This document shows positions 15,814 through 25,239 of a stretch of 60,157 nt of DNA, piece by piece; position 1 is the first letter of the stretch, and each line of letters begins with the position of its first letter. The DNA comes from Desulfurococcaceae archaeon. Its GTDB lineage: Archaea; Thermoproteota; Thermoprotei_A; Sulfolobales; Desulfurococcaceae. Both the position numbers and the translations under genes were made by a program. The DNA is taken from the NCBI GenBank assembly GCA_020833245.1, contig JAJHQQ010000001.1:1-60157 (forward strand), in the 5' to 3' direction. The notes under the pieces are model-generated. The model worked only from the letters and a program-made list of their open reading frames with translations. It made no database searches and had not been told where the DNA came from.

Positions 15814-17649
15814 GTGAGAATACTTACAATACACGCGCGTAGTTTCAGCTACAGGGTTTTAGAGAGAGCAGTCGAAGAGCCCGAGCCAGTAAACCAAGCT
15901 AATAGTGAGGGTGTATTTGAGAACACGCTTGTAGTATTCGTTACTGTGGAGGCTGAGGACTCTGCTGACACTGTAGAGGAGGCGTCGTCTGAGATAATTA
16001 GTGTCTCGAGGCAGGTTAAACCCTCTAGTATAGTCCTATATCCATACGCTCACTTATCCTCGCAGCTAGCTCCACCACATAGGGCTATAGAGGTGTTGAA
16101 TTCTCTCTACAGCACACTCGCACAGAAATCGGAAATACCGGTTTACAAGGCGCCTTTCGGCTGGTACAAGTCCTTTAAACTCGAATGCTACGGTCACCCT
16201 CTAAGCGAGTTGTCGAGAACAATTGTCAAGAAGGTTCAGCCCGCTAAAAAACCCACTATAGTGAAGGAGTTTTACATTGTAACCCCCATGGGCGAGGTCT
16301 ATACTCCAGACAAGTTTGACTACACTAACTACAGTGAACTTAAAGTACTAGTAGATAAGGAGGTTTACGGGAGAGAGCTAGAGGGTGGAGAGAACAGAGT
16401 TAACTACTACTGTAAGAAGTTCGGCCTCGAATGGGAGCCTATGAGCGATCACGGGCACATGCGCTACTCGCCGTATGCGGCTGTAATAGTTGAGGCTGTG
16501 TCTAGGTATTCCTGGCAGGTGGCGCGGTCACTAGGAGTACCCGTGTTTAGAGTTATGGGCACTAATATGTTTAACTTAAAGGAGAAGCCGGTTTACGAGC
16601 ACGCAGTACTCTTTGGAGACCGGCTCTACGAGGTTGAAGTAGACAATGAGAAGTACGTGTTGAGATATGCTGCTTGCCACCAGCAGTTTGCTATGTTAAA
16701 AGACTGGATTATAAGCTACAAGGACCTCCCATTCGGGGTGTTTGAAGTCGCAGATAGCTATAGGCTTGAGCAGCGGGGAGAGTTAAACTTGTGTTTTAGG
16801 CTAAGGAAGTTCTATATGCCAGACTTACACATATTAACTAGAGACCTCGAAGAGGCGATTAAAGTATCTAAAATCGTCCAGAGGCAAATACACAGCGAAG
16901 CCCGCAAAGCCGGTAGGAGGTATATTGCCCTGTACAATGTTACGCGCGATTTCTTCGATAACTACCGAGACGTCCTAGTAGAGTTTATTAAGAGCGATGA
17001 GTACCCCGCACTAGTAGCCGTAATTCCGCCCGGGATCTACTACTGGGTTCTCAACGTAGAGTACCACATAATAGACAACTTGAATAGGCCGAGAGAAATA
17101 GCGACGTTTCAAATAGATATTGGTAATAGTGAGAGATTTGGTATTACGTACGTGAACGAGAAAGGCGATAAGGAGTACCCTGTTATAATACACACCGCTA
17201 TTATAGGTAGTATTGAGAGATACATTTACATGATTCTAGACACGGCAGCCAACATGGAGAAAGCCGGGCAAGTACCCTCTTTGCCACTGTGGCTTGCACC
17301 CGTCCAGGTCAGAGTGATCCCAGTGTCTCGAGAGCACGTTGAATACGCGTACAGTGTGGCAAAGCGTATTCTAGACGAGGGGTTTAGAGTAGACGTGGAT
17401 GACAGGGATATAACACTCGGGAAGAAAATTAGGGAGTCAGGGGTTCTCTGGGTACCATACATTGTGGTACTTGGTGATAGAGAGCTTGAGACACAGACGC
17501 TTAATGTGAGAATACGTGCAACTAATAAGCAAATTACACTGAAACTAGACGAGTTCATTGAGATATTGAGGAAGGAGTGTGAGGGGTATCCGAGAGTTGA
17601 ACCCTACTTCCCTATGAGCCTATCTAAGCAACCTCTGTTTACCTCGTAG
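15814..17649 (+). CDS. thrS: Threonyl-tRNA synthetase with the archaeal N-terminal editing domain
   Basis: The N-terminus MRILTIHARSFSY...PEP resembles the archaeal DTD-like editing domain. Class II core and a C-terminal anticodon-binding domain; 611 aa. Confidence 0.9.
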   Translation: MRILTIHARSFSYRVLERAVEEPEPVNQANSEGVFENTLVVFVTVEAEDSADTVEEASSEIISVSRQVKPSSIVLYPYAHLSSQLAPPHRAIEVLNSLYSTLAQKSEIPVYKAPFGWYKSFKLECYGHPLSELSRTIVKKVQPAKKPTIVKEFYIVTPMGEVYTPDKFDYTNYSELKVLVDKEVYGRELEGGENRVNYYCKKFGLEWEPMSDHGHMRYSPYAAVIVEAVSRYSWQVARSLGVPVFRVMGTNMFNLKEKPVYEHAVLFGDRLYEVEVDNEKYVLRYAACHQQFAMLKDWIISYKDLPFGVFEVADSYRLEQRGELNLCFRLRKFYMPDLHILTRDLEEAIKVSKIVQRQIHSEARKAGRRYIALYNVTRDFFDNYRDVLVEFIKSDEYPALVAVIPPGIYYWVLNVEYHIIDNLNRPREIATFQIDIGNSERFGITYVNEKGDKEYPVIIHTAIIGSIERYIYMILDTAANMEKAGQVPSLPLWLAPVQVRVIPVSREHVEYAYSVAKRILDEGFRVDVDDRDITLGKKIRESGVLWVPYIVVLGDRELETQTLNVRIRATNKQITLKLDEFIEILRKECEGYPRVEPYFPMSLSKQPLFTS

Positions 17650-17774
17650 AAATAGAGATCGACTACGAGTGATCTGGGAGAAACGTCCTCAAGGACTAGA
17701 GTTAAGTTTATTGGTAGGGGTAGTGCAGGTATAATAAGCGAATATTGTATTCTGTGAGTGTGAGGGTGTGAGAT

Positions 17775-17930
17775 TTGGGCTACTGGATACTACAGTGCTC
17801 TGAGTGTAGATTAGAATGGAAGCTGTATGTTAGCTTCCCGCTAAAGAAGGAGTTCTCGAGAATTTACCACTACTGTCCAAATTGCAATAAGAATACTTTT
17901 CACAGAATTATTGACTACGTCGAGGAGTGA
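17775..17930 (+). CDS. Small zinc-ribbon protein (51 aa), candidate
   Basis: Not in the track. The TTG start gives (M)GYWILQCSECRLEWKLYVSFPLKKEFSRIYHYCPNCNKNTFHRIIDYVEE with CxxC-N24-CxxC. A TATAATAA box (about 17740-47) lies about 28 nt upstream, consistent with a leaderless transcript. Confidence 0.45.
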   Translation: MGYWILQCSECRLEWKLYVSFPLKKEFSRIYHYCPNCNKNTFHRIIDYVEE

Positions 17931-17959
17931 AACATTAAATACGTGTCTACAAAACTACT

Positions 17960-18014
17960 AACGATGATGAGTCCCCATAACCGCTAGGTGTGTGGAGACC
18001 TGTCTCAGCTGACT
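17960..18014 (+). ncRNA. C/D box sRNA with a D-guide complementary to a conserved LSU rRNA segment
   Basis: The sequence reads GATGATGA(17963-70)-GTCCCCATAACC-GCTA-GGTG-TGTGGA-GACCTGTCTCAG(12 nt)-CTGA(18009-12). An ATTAAATA box lies about 26 nt upstream. The guide pairs with UGAGACAGGUC. Confidence 0.65.
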
Positions 18015-19326
18015 ACTCTATCCAGTCACCGCTCTTAATTTTCCTCGGAATATACTCGTCTGCGAGGAACTTTAAGCCCTTTCCAGTAATAGCCTCTATT
18101 TCAAGCTTACTCGTAGTGTAAAAGAATATACAGAGCTCTCTAACCCACTCAGGTGTGAGAAACCACGGATAACCGCTCGCTCCCTCTTTTCTCTTAATTT
18201 TACTCTTGTACTCGGGAGACTCTAAACACGCCTCTGCTACTCTGTACCCCACGAGCTCAACAGCCCTCTCCACGTCTCTCAGCTTAGCTTTGATCACAAA
18301 GTTCTTTCTCTCCTCGGGAGTTAGATACGGCTGTTTACTCCCCAGCTTTGAAATCCCCTTAGTGACCTCTTCGAGAGCCTCTTTTACTCCGTGTTTTTTA
18401 AGCACGTCCTTGAAGATCTCTGTGCCGAAAATATCTGTGAGCGTTACACCTATGAACTTAGCCGTTGGAGTTGACAGCCTCTCACTCTCATACGAGAGCG
18501 TTATACTTCCAACTTTAAACACGCTGTATATGTAGAATCCGTACGGGTCACTGTCACAGAGCACGTACACTGGCAACTTATACTCCTCGCTTAGTCTCCT
18601 AACAAATCTCCTCGTGGCTCTATCCGGCTGGCCAGCGCTTGTAACTAGAACAACCTTGTTTTTCCTCCAGAAGCCATACCTGTGAAGTTGCTGAAATACA
18701 GCGTCTTTCTCTACTACTAGTACGTACTCGGCGTCTACATCTATAAACTCTATGAGGTCAGGTGTAGGCTCAATCGCGTAGGCTCCGTGACCCATTTTAC
18801 TGAGGTCTATTACGTCGTTTCCACTCCTAATAACTAAGTTCCCAACTACTTTTCCCTTCTCTTTACTCAGTATTAAGAGGTCTTCGCGCAGAATATTAAG
18901 CAGTACTTCTAAGTCTCTAATTACGCTGTCGGATTCTCTCTGCTCATCCCAGCTGTTCTCGGAAATAGTTTTTCCATCTACACTAGTGTAGCTAATACTG
19001 TGTTTTCCACGGTAGAATAGGTCACGGATAGTGGGGTACTCGTTGTTTCTGAGCGTATTGTATATTATCGAGGCCATTAGTAGTGTCTGCATGAATTTCT
19101 TAGCTTCGTTAATATCAGTGAAAGACCGGTACTGTACATCGGGACCTAGCAGTAGCATTTTAGCCTTTTGATCATAAATAGTGTTTGAGAGTGTTCTCTT
19201 CGGGAATACTAGTTGTAGTTTATGCCCCTTTTCTGATTCCTCCACGAGCTTCTTAAAGTGAGATCTTATTAGCTCTAAAGCTCTTGAACGGGTCTTAATG
19301 TCTACTTCGGAACTAGCCAAGCTCAT
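18013..19326 (-). CDS. top6A: DNA topoisomerase VI subunit A (Spo11-like)
   Basis: Toprim region VLVVEKDAVF...CDSDPYGFYIYSVFKVGS and a 5Y-CAP region. The start overlaps the top6B stop by 4 nt. The protein is 437 aa, longer than I recall being typical. Confidence 0.95.
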   Translation of the reverse strand: MSLASSEVDIKTRSRALELIRSHFKKLVEESEKGHKLQLVFPKRTLSNTIYDQKAKMLLLGPDVQYRSFTDINEAKKFMQTLLMASIIYNTLRNNEYPTIRDLFYRGKHSISYTSVDGKTISENSWDEQRESDSVIRDLEVLLNILREDLLILSKEKGKVVGNLVIRSGNDVIDLSKMGHGAYAIEPTPDLIEFIDVDAEYVLVVEKDAVFQQLHRYGFWRKNKVVLVTSAGQPDRATRRFVRRLSEEYKLPVYVLCDSDPYGFYIYSVFKVGSITLSYESERLSTPTAKFIGVTLTDIFGTEIFKDVLKKHGVKEALEEVTKGISKLGSKQPYLTPEERKNFVIKAKLRDVERAVELVGYRVAEACLESPEYKSKIKRKEGASGYPWFLTPEWVRELCIFFYTTSKLEIEAITGKGLKFLADEYIPRKIKSGDWIE

Positions 19327-20921
19327 GCACCTATCTCTACTGATTTAACAATAGAGTCAACGACGTTAACCGGCACACCGGACCTCTTCGACACTAGTGT
19401 CACTAATTTATGAGTTAGAGTTTTCTTCGCGTACTCATTACTCTCGTCTTCTAGTATTATTAATAGAGACCTAGCGACCTCGGGGATATACTTTGCTATT
19501 GTCTCTACTCTACGTAGAGCCTCTTTTTCTCTGGCTTTCCTAGCGAGGTAGTGTTTAAGCTCCCTAGCGGCCTCCATAATAGCTAGTCTTATCTCCCTCC
19601 TAATCTCTGGAATGTCGGCTATGCTCTCTTTTCCAACGCCTCTAAATGGTATTTTAGTGCTACATATGTGTACTAGTATAGCGAGCTGTGCTGGAAAAGA
19701 GGTCATGTAGTGATCCCAGTTTATGTCTTCTTTTACAACTTGAGTTATAACATCTGTGCTCTCATCGTATATAAGGGGGACTCTATTAGCATATCTCAGC
19801 ACCACCGGTTGATCCTGTGGGCTCATGGGCGTCTTGCCGCCGTAGCTTAACGCCGCCTCAACTATGAATGGATGACCCTCATATGAGCGTGGACTTCTAC
19901 TAACAGCATAGAGGAATTCGGGCTCGAAAATTCTCTTTAACCCGGCCTCTATCACTTCTCTTCCAAGAGGTGAGAGCGCACTTGAGAGTGGTGGCCTGTA
20001 CTTATCGTAGTTTTTAATAGTATTGAATAATTTCTGTATCTCCTCCTCTGCGAGTTCTCGCGGCTTCTTAGAGGGGTCGATGCCAGCAGTGCTTAAGAGT
20101 ACTTTAGCTGTTGATGAACCAATACTCTGAAAACTGCTCACTAGGATCTCTTCGAGGGTTTTATCTCCATTGTTGTTTAACAGCATTTTTAGCATTTCGA
20201 GGTCTATTCCGTGTGGGTGGGGCTTAGTCTCGCGAGGAGGCCTGGGCAGTACTGTGGTTACTCTAGGGTAATGTACTATTTCGTTCTCTGGTGTAATGAG
20301 AGTTATATTCGCGTATGGTGTAATAATTGATGTTCTGTGAAGGTACTCTAAAATTCTCTGCTTGGCTCTGTTCCAATCTCCCTCAATAGTAACTGAGACA
20401 ATTGTTCCATGCCAGTCTCGCGTCTTTCTCCAAGCTCCTCTCTCAATTATAACTGGCTCGTTTTTGTTAATGTCTATTCTGAGCTTGAAGTAGTATATCA
20501 TTCTGTAGTTCTCTCTACTAGTAGTAACTTCTATTGGCCTCCCAGTAGTCATCTGCGCGTAGAGGACAACCATTTTTACGCCTAGACCATACATTCCACG
20601 AGACTGCTTCATAGAGTACTTACTACTAAAGAGTACTCTTCCGAAAGCATAGGGCACAACGTCGGGCGGTAGACCTATACCGTTGTCTTCAACTGTGATC
20701 TTGTAGAACTCCTGTACTTCATCGGCTCTCTCAATAGAGATCTTCACGTCTGGTAAAACCCCGTGCATGTCAGTCGCGTCGAGAGCGTTGTCAATGAGCT
20801 CTTTAATAGTCTGGTAAAACGCCTTTACCGGGTTCGCGAACCCGGCTACTTCGCGGTACTTGTAGAAGAACTCTGCTGGGCTAATACTCGTGTACTTCTC
20901 TCCAATAGTAGACATAAGCAC
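19323..20921 (-). CDS. top6B: DNA topoisomerase VI subunit B (GHKL ATPase)
   Basis: Bergerat-fold motifs ELIDNALDA, DNGIGL, GMYGLGVK. Confidence 0.95.
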   Translation of the reverse strand: MLMSTIGEKYTSISPAEFFYKYREVAGFANPVKAFYQTIKELIDNALDATDMHGVLPDVKISIERADEVQEFYKITVEDNGIGLPPDVVPYAFGRVLFSSKYSMKQSRGMYGLGVKMVVLYAQMTTGRPIEVTTSRENYRMIYYFKLRIDINKNEPVIIERGAWRKTRDWHGTIVSVTIEGDWNRAKQRILEYLHRTSIITPYANITLITPENEIVHYPRVTTVLPRPPRETKPHPHGIDLEMLKMLLNNNGDKTLEEILVSSFQSIGSSTAKVLLSTAGIDPSKKPRELAEEEIQKLFNTIKNYDKYRPPLSSALSPLGREVIEAGLKRIFEPEFLYAVSRSPRSYEGHPFIVEAALSYGGKTPMSPQDQPVVLRYANRVPLIYDESTDVITQVVKEDINWDHYMTSFPAQLAILVHICSTKIPFRGVGKESIADIPEIRREIRLAIMEAARELKHYLARKAREKEALRRVETIAKYIPEVARSLLIILEDESNEYAKKTLTHKLVTLVSKRSGVPVNVVDSIVKSVEIGA

Positions 20922-21183
20922 AACACCTTTAAGAGCGCCATTGATTTCCTACTTTATTATTGGATTATAAGTAGCTGGATTAAGGCTTTCCTCGCTTAGA
21001 ACGTCCTTATCTCTAACTCACCTTCTTAAATAAGAAAAGTTCTGCCGGAGCGTGGAGATCTGGGACTGCACTTTCTTCGTGCCAGCTTCCTGAGTTTTAG
21101 GAATACTTTCGGCTTGCTCTATCTTAAGCCCCTTAAAAATCCCGTCAATGTCTCCCTGTTAAAAGCTCCTAGTATACACTGGG

Positions 21184-21579
21184 GTGTTGAGTGTGAAGGG
21201 AGTTTCGGGAATAGTTGCGACGTCAATACTACTAGCATTAACAATAGCTGGAGGGCTACTCCTCTACGCGTACGTATCCAGATACCTCGCGGTATCAGTG
21301 CAGTCGAGCGAGGTAGTAATTGACAACGCCTACTACCTATCAGTGCTGGGGAGACTAGACATCGCAGTCAGGAACATTGGTATGAGCAACGCCAATATCA
21401 CCACAGTTGAGGTTATATTGGAGAATAAGAGCTCTCTGCAATTCACTGTTGGAATTACATTATCGCCGGGTGAGACTAGAACTATAAGTATAAACACCGC
21501 TCAGAGACCAGTTTACGTAATTGTGCACTTCGACAATGCGCGTAGAACAGAGCCCGCGGTTGTTAGAGTAATAGGCTAA
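21184..21579 (+). CDS. Archaeal type IV pilin-like protein with a class III signal peptide
   Basis: The N-terminus (ML)SVKG|VSGIVATSILLALTIAGGLLLY has a basic residue plus Gly followed by a hydrophobic helix (a PibD/FlaK-type cleavage context). It lies directly upstream of the secretion ATPase. Confidence 0.7.
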   Translation: MLSVKGVSGIVATSILLALTIAGGLLLYAYVSRYLAVSVQSSEVVIDNAYYLSVLGRLDIAVRNIGMSNANITTVEVILENKSSLQFTVGITLSPGETRTISINTAQRPVYVIVHFDNARRTEPAVVRVIG

Positions 21580-21583
21580 AGCG

Positions 21584-23149
21584 GTGTGTAGTTTGCGTAG
21601 AGAACCCAGTTTAAACATAAGGTCTTTTTTTACAACTCCATCTCCCCTCCGCGCTCTAACTAAGTTACTTAAGCCCCTGAGTACTAAGAGTAGCGACTTT
21701 ACTAGGGAAATAACCGAGCTCCTCTACGACCTCTACACTAGGGGCTGTAAGTACGAGAAAGTAGAGTTAACTGAGATATTAGAGCAGTATACGCTACTAG
21801 GCGTAGTAGATGTGGTTATTGGCTTGAATAGTGGAGAGCTGTACTACGTAGTAGCAGAGCCTGAATTGACATGGAGAGATATTAGTGCAGTAGTAGAGAG
21901 GCTTGTGAGGAGTGCAGGTGGCAGCGTAGAGGACAACTTAGACTACTCGAGTACGCAGGGCTCTCTCAGCCCGAGTGATTACAATTACTTCAAGATCTAC
22001 AGTGGACTAGGCCCCCTACTCCCATTTGTCCTTGACGGAAAAATAGAGGACATCTCTCTGAGTAGGAGTAGTGGAAGAGTACACGTTGTACACAGTGACT
22101 TATCGTGGCACGGGTGGGTTAAAAGCAACGTGATCTTAGAGCCAGGGCTCGTAGACAGGATCGCGATGACTATCTCTAGGAAGGCGGGTAAGCACATCTC
22201 TATTACAAACCCTCTCGCAGAGGGCTCTATTAAGGGATCAATAAGGGCTAGTATAGTCTACGGTGACGGGGTTTCATCTCAGGGTACTAGTGTAGTTATT
22301 AGGAAAAAGCCGAGCGAGCTCTGGACTATTACTAAGCTAATAAATGAGGGCACATTAACCTCTGAGCTCGCATCCTACCTCTGGCTCGTTATGGAGAGGC
22401 GTGGCTGGGTTATTATCGCGGGGCCTGTGGGCGCCGGTAAAACGACACTACTCCAAGCAATGCTCACGCTTATACCGCCGAGTAGAAAGGTCATTATAAT
22501 CGAGGACACACCCGAGCTCGTAGCGACTAGTGACTTGTGGGATGTCCTCTTTGAGCGCGTCGAGGTGTTTTCTCAAGTATCCCCAATAGACAGCTACGTC
22601 CTATTAAAGTTCGCTTTGAGGCGTAGACCCGACTACATTGTTATCGGTGAGGTTAGAGGTGTAGAGGCCCGCCTACTAGTACAGGCCTCAAGGCTGGGCC
22701 ACGGGGTTTTAAACACTATTCACGCTGACAGCTCGGAGTCTGTTATACAGAGGCTTACAGCGCCACCTATATCAATACCCAAGAACCTCCTGAACAACAT
22801 CTGGGCAATAGTGTTAATGAGTGTTCAGGGCGCTAAGAGACATGTTGTCAGAGTCTCTGAGGTTTCGAGTACTGGGTCTCTAGTTGACATATTTGACTCT
22901 AGTAGCCAGGGAAACATCAGCGTCGAGGACATAGCCTCGCGGTGTGAAAGGCTGAAACTACACTATCACGGCGAGAAATTAAGAGAAGAGCTAGTTGAGA
23001 GAGCTCTCTTCCTCGAGAAGCTTGTTTCGAAAGGGGTTTTCTCGCACAGAGAGCTCTCTGGGAAGATGCTAGAGTACTGCTCTGTACGGGGGCTTAGTGG
23101 TGAGCGCGAGAAGGGTGTTTATAGTGTTGAGGAGGCTTACTCGCAGTAG
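21584..23149 (+). CDS. Type II/IV secretion-system ATPase (FlaI/PilB/VirB11 family)
   Basis: Walker A GPVGAGKTTLL, Walker B VIIIEDTPE, GEVRG Asp/His-box region. Confidence 0.85.
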   Translation: MCSLRREPSLNIRSFFTTPSPLRALTKLLKPLSTKSSDFTREITELLYDLYTRGCKYEKVELTEILEQYTLLGVVDVVIGLNSGELYYVVAEPELTWRDISAVVERLVRSAGGSVEDNLDYSSTQGSLSPSDYNYFKIYSGLGPLLPFVLDGKIEDISLSRSSGRVHVVHSDLSWHGWVKSNVILEPGLVDRIAMTISRKAGKHISITNPLAEGSIKGSIRASIVYGDGVSSQGTSVVIRKKPSELWTITKLINEGTLTSELASYLWLVMERRGWVIIAGPVGAGKTTLLQAMLTLIPPSRKVIIIEDTPELVATSDLWDVLFERVEVFSQVSPIDSYVLLKFALRRRPDYIVIGEVRGVEARLLVQASRLGHGVLNTIHADSSESVIQRLTAPPISIPKNLLNNIWAIVLMSVQGAKRHVVRVSEVSSTGSLVDIFDSSSQGNISVEDIASRCERLKLHYHGEKLREELVERALFLEKLVSKGVFSHRELSGKMLEYCSVRGLSGEREKGVYSVEEAYSQ

Positions 23150-24383
23150 TCTTAACAAGTGCCTTGAAGAGCACTTCGCGGACTTCCTCACCGTGCTATC
23201 GGCTTTTGAGTCGGTGAGCCTCAGAGTATACGACGTCTTCAACGCCATCCATAGGGGGGAGGTTAGAGTAGCTGACTGCTACGAGCAGGTGGCGAGACTC
23301 TACACTATACTGGAGAAGTCTCTGGGGGATCCACGCGCGGCTCTACAAGAGCTCAGCCGAGAGCTCAGAGCTACTAGACTAGCGGGTTTTCTGAGGGGTT
23401 ATAGTGACGTCTTAGTTACGAGTGGAGATACGAGGACTTATGTTAATAGCTCTCTCCGCTCAGAGCTCTCGGCTATGAAGGCTAGAATCGAGAGCTCACT
23501 GAGAGTCTTAGAGACACTCTACGAGTCAAATATAGCCCTAATACTCACATTGTCACTACTAGTTGTAATGCCAATATGGGGTTTTCCAGCGTGGATTAGT
23601 CTACTAGCTATTCAGCTCAGCGGTCTACTCAGCTACATACTCGCCTTTAAGATTGCGCGGTCACTCTACTACCCAGTACACCGCGCTCTCTTACTTGTCG
23701 ACTTACTCTACATGTTAGCACTCCCAGTCTTCGTCACTACGCTTCAACTGGGCTTTTTCAGCCTAATAGTTCTAGTATTACTGCACTCAGCGACAAGGAG
23801 GCTTGTGAAGGCCCTATTTAGCCTAGAAGTGGAGGCAATTAAGGTTTTTAGAGAAACGCACAGCGAAGTACTACTCGGCAGGTCCCTGGATCTCGCTCTA
23901 CTAGACTCTCTGGGAAAATCCCGGTTTGAGGTTTTAAGAGCTATTAGTGTTGGACTTTCACGTGGTTTAGAGGGACACGAAGTTCTCAGTAGGCTTAAAC
24001 TCCCCCAGTTACCGGTCAAAATACTAACGCTTCTACTTAACCCGGTGAAATACGGGTATGCCGGCATAGCGTACTTGTCGGCTGTAAATGTCTTTATTGA
24101 GGAGTTAATGAGCACGCGTATACTAGTTAGAGAGAAGACGCGACTCTACGCACTACACGTGTTAATACTAGCTCTCCTAGTCTCAGCATCATACATAATG
24201 CTCTCGCAAATACCCATAATAGTACACGGAAACACCTGGCTCATAGGCCTATACGGCTACCTGGGAATAATACTACTCTCAGCGCCAATCGGGCTAGTAA
24301 GAGACGGCTGCTACGTGGCTTCAAGACTAAGTCTAGTCTTCGCGGCACTATCCACCGGGCTACTAGTACTCATAACACTATAG
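23097..24383 (+). CDS. Polytopic membrane platform protein (FlaJ/TadC/PilC-like)
   Basis: Multiple TM helices alternate with cytoplasmic helical domains. It overlaps the ATPase gene and follows the canonical pilin-ATPase-platform order. Confidence 0.65.
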   Translation: MVSARRVFIVLRRLTRSSLNKCLEEHFADFLTVLSAFESVSLRVYDVFNAIHRGEVRVADCYEQVARLYTILEKSLGDPRAALQELSRELRATRLAGFLRGYSDVLVTSGDTRTYVNSSLRSELSAMKARIESSLRVLETLYESNIALILTLSLLVVMPIWGFPAWISLLAIQLSGLLSYILAFKIARSLYYPVHRALLLVDLLYMLALPVFVTTLQLGFFSLIVLVLLHSATRRLVKALFSLEVEAIKVFRETHSEVLLGRSLDLALLDSLGKSRFEVLRAISVGLSRGLEGHEVLSRLKLPQLPVKILTLLLNPVKYGYAGIAYLSAVNVFIEELMSTRILVREKTRLYALHVLILALLVSASYIMLSQIPIIVHGNTWLIGLYGYLGIILLSAPIGLVRDGCYVASRLSLVFAALSTGLLVLITL

Positions 24384-24608
24384 AAGGTAAAGGTACTCAT
24401 TTACCGTTGCTTAAATACTGAGTTAGGGCAATTCTACAGAGGGTATTTGGGGAGTAAGAGGTTTGTATCTTTATTAATGAAGTAGTAGTGTAGTGTTGTG
24501 TTAATGGATTTTTCTAAATAAACCCTTAACGCAACTACGGCTCTCTCACGTAGAGATGTCACAGCGCCGAGGTAGCAATCATGAATTGCTAGTTTAAGTT
24601 GTACTTCA

Positions 24609-25007
24609 TTAAGTTCTTTGGGTTTCTGTTACTAGACTCTTTTTATAGCGAATGAAGCCGTAGATAAGTGAGATGAAGAAGAGTACTAGTCCCGCGATTA
24701 CCACGAGGGCTAGTTCCCTTGGGAACTGGGGGTTAAGCCGAAGATACCCTTGTAGCACGAGGTATGGCGCTGGAGCATACAGACATAAACCTATAGTTAC
24801 CAGGGCAATAGACGCGCGCCTCGATAATTTAGGCTCAGCGATAAATAGATCGAAACATCCACCTCCAAAAAATATGATGCTGGAAATTAAAAATCCCATT
24901 TCGCCAGAAATATAACTTGAAATTATATTCATATATGTGAGACTGAAGACGTAGATAATAAGCCGAGGAGGAATTCTAAACGGAAGCTTAGTTGACATAA
25001 ACAGCAC
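24609..25007 (-). CDS. Small membrane protein, function unknown
   Basis: Four predicted hydrophobic helices. An isolated ORF flanked by non-coding DNA. Confidence 0.35.
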   Translation of the reverse strand: MLFMSTKLPFRIPPRLIIYVFSLTYMNIISSYISGEMGFLISSIIFFGGGCFDLFIAEPKLSRRASIALVTIGLCLYAPAPYLVLQGYLRLNPQFPRELALVVIAGLVLFFISLIYGFIRYKKSLVTETQRT

Positions 25008-25174
25008 CAGTCCCCCACAGTGTAATTAAAGGGGAAACGTTTCTAATGTTTTTTGATATAAATAAGTAAAGAATGATATTCTCACTCTTACATCGTGTAA
25101 TTTATATTTAGCATTTTAAACTTAGAATGGTCTAAACCTATGTAGATTTACTTTACAGACACGCTCTGTGTATA

Positions 25175-25239
25175 CGTGGATCTCAGCTTATTTTTCCACG
25201 CGAGGTGTTAGACAGAAATAGTTTTTATGTCTAACACCT
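25175..25239. repeat. Two adjacent inverted repeats in an AT-rich non-coding region
   Basis: IR1 is CGTGGA(25175-80)-14 nt-TCCACG(25195-200). IR2 is a perfect 12-bp repeat, AGGTGTTAGACA(25203-14)-13 nt-TGTCTAACACCT(25228-39). Both spacers are T-rich. Confidence 0.6.

Noticed and set aside
20922-21183. Candidate ncRNA or small ORF in the 260-bp top6B-pilin intergenic region
   Set aside because: I found no C/D or H/ACA box geometry, no convincing hairpins, and no ORF with a start codon. It is best read as two divergent promoters.
21114-21323. 69-aa plus-strand ORF overlapping the pilin start in another frame
   Set aside because: The pilin frame has a convincing class III signal peptide. This frame has none, and it begins in the promoter region.
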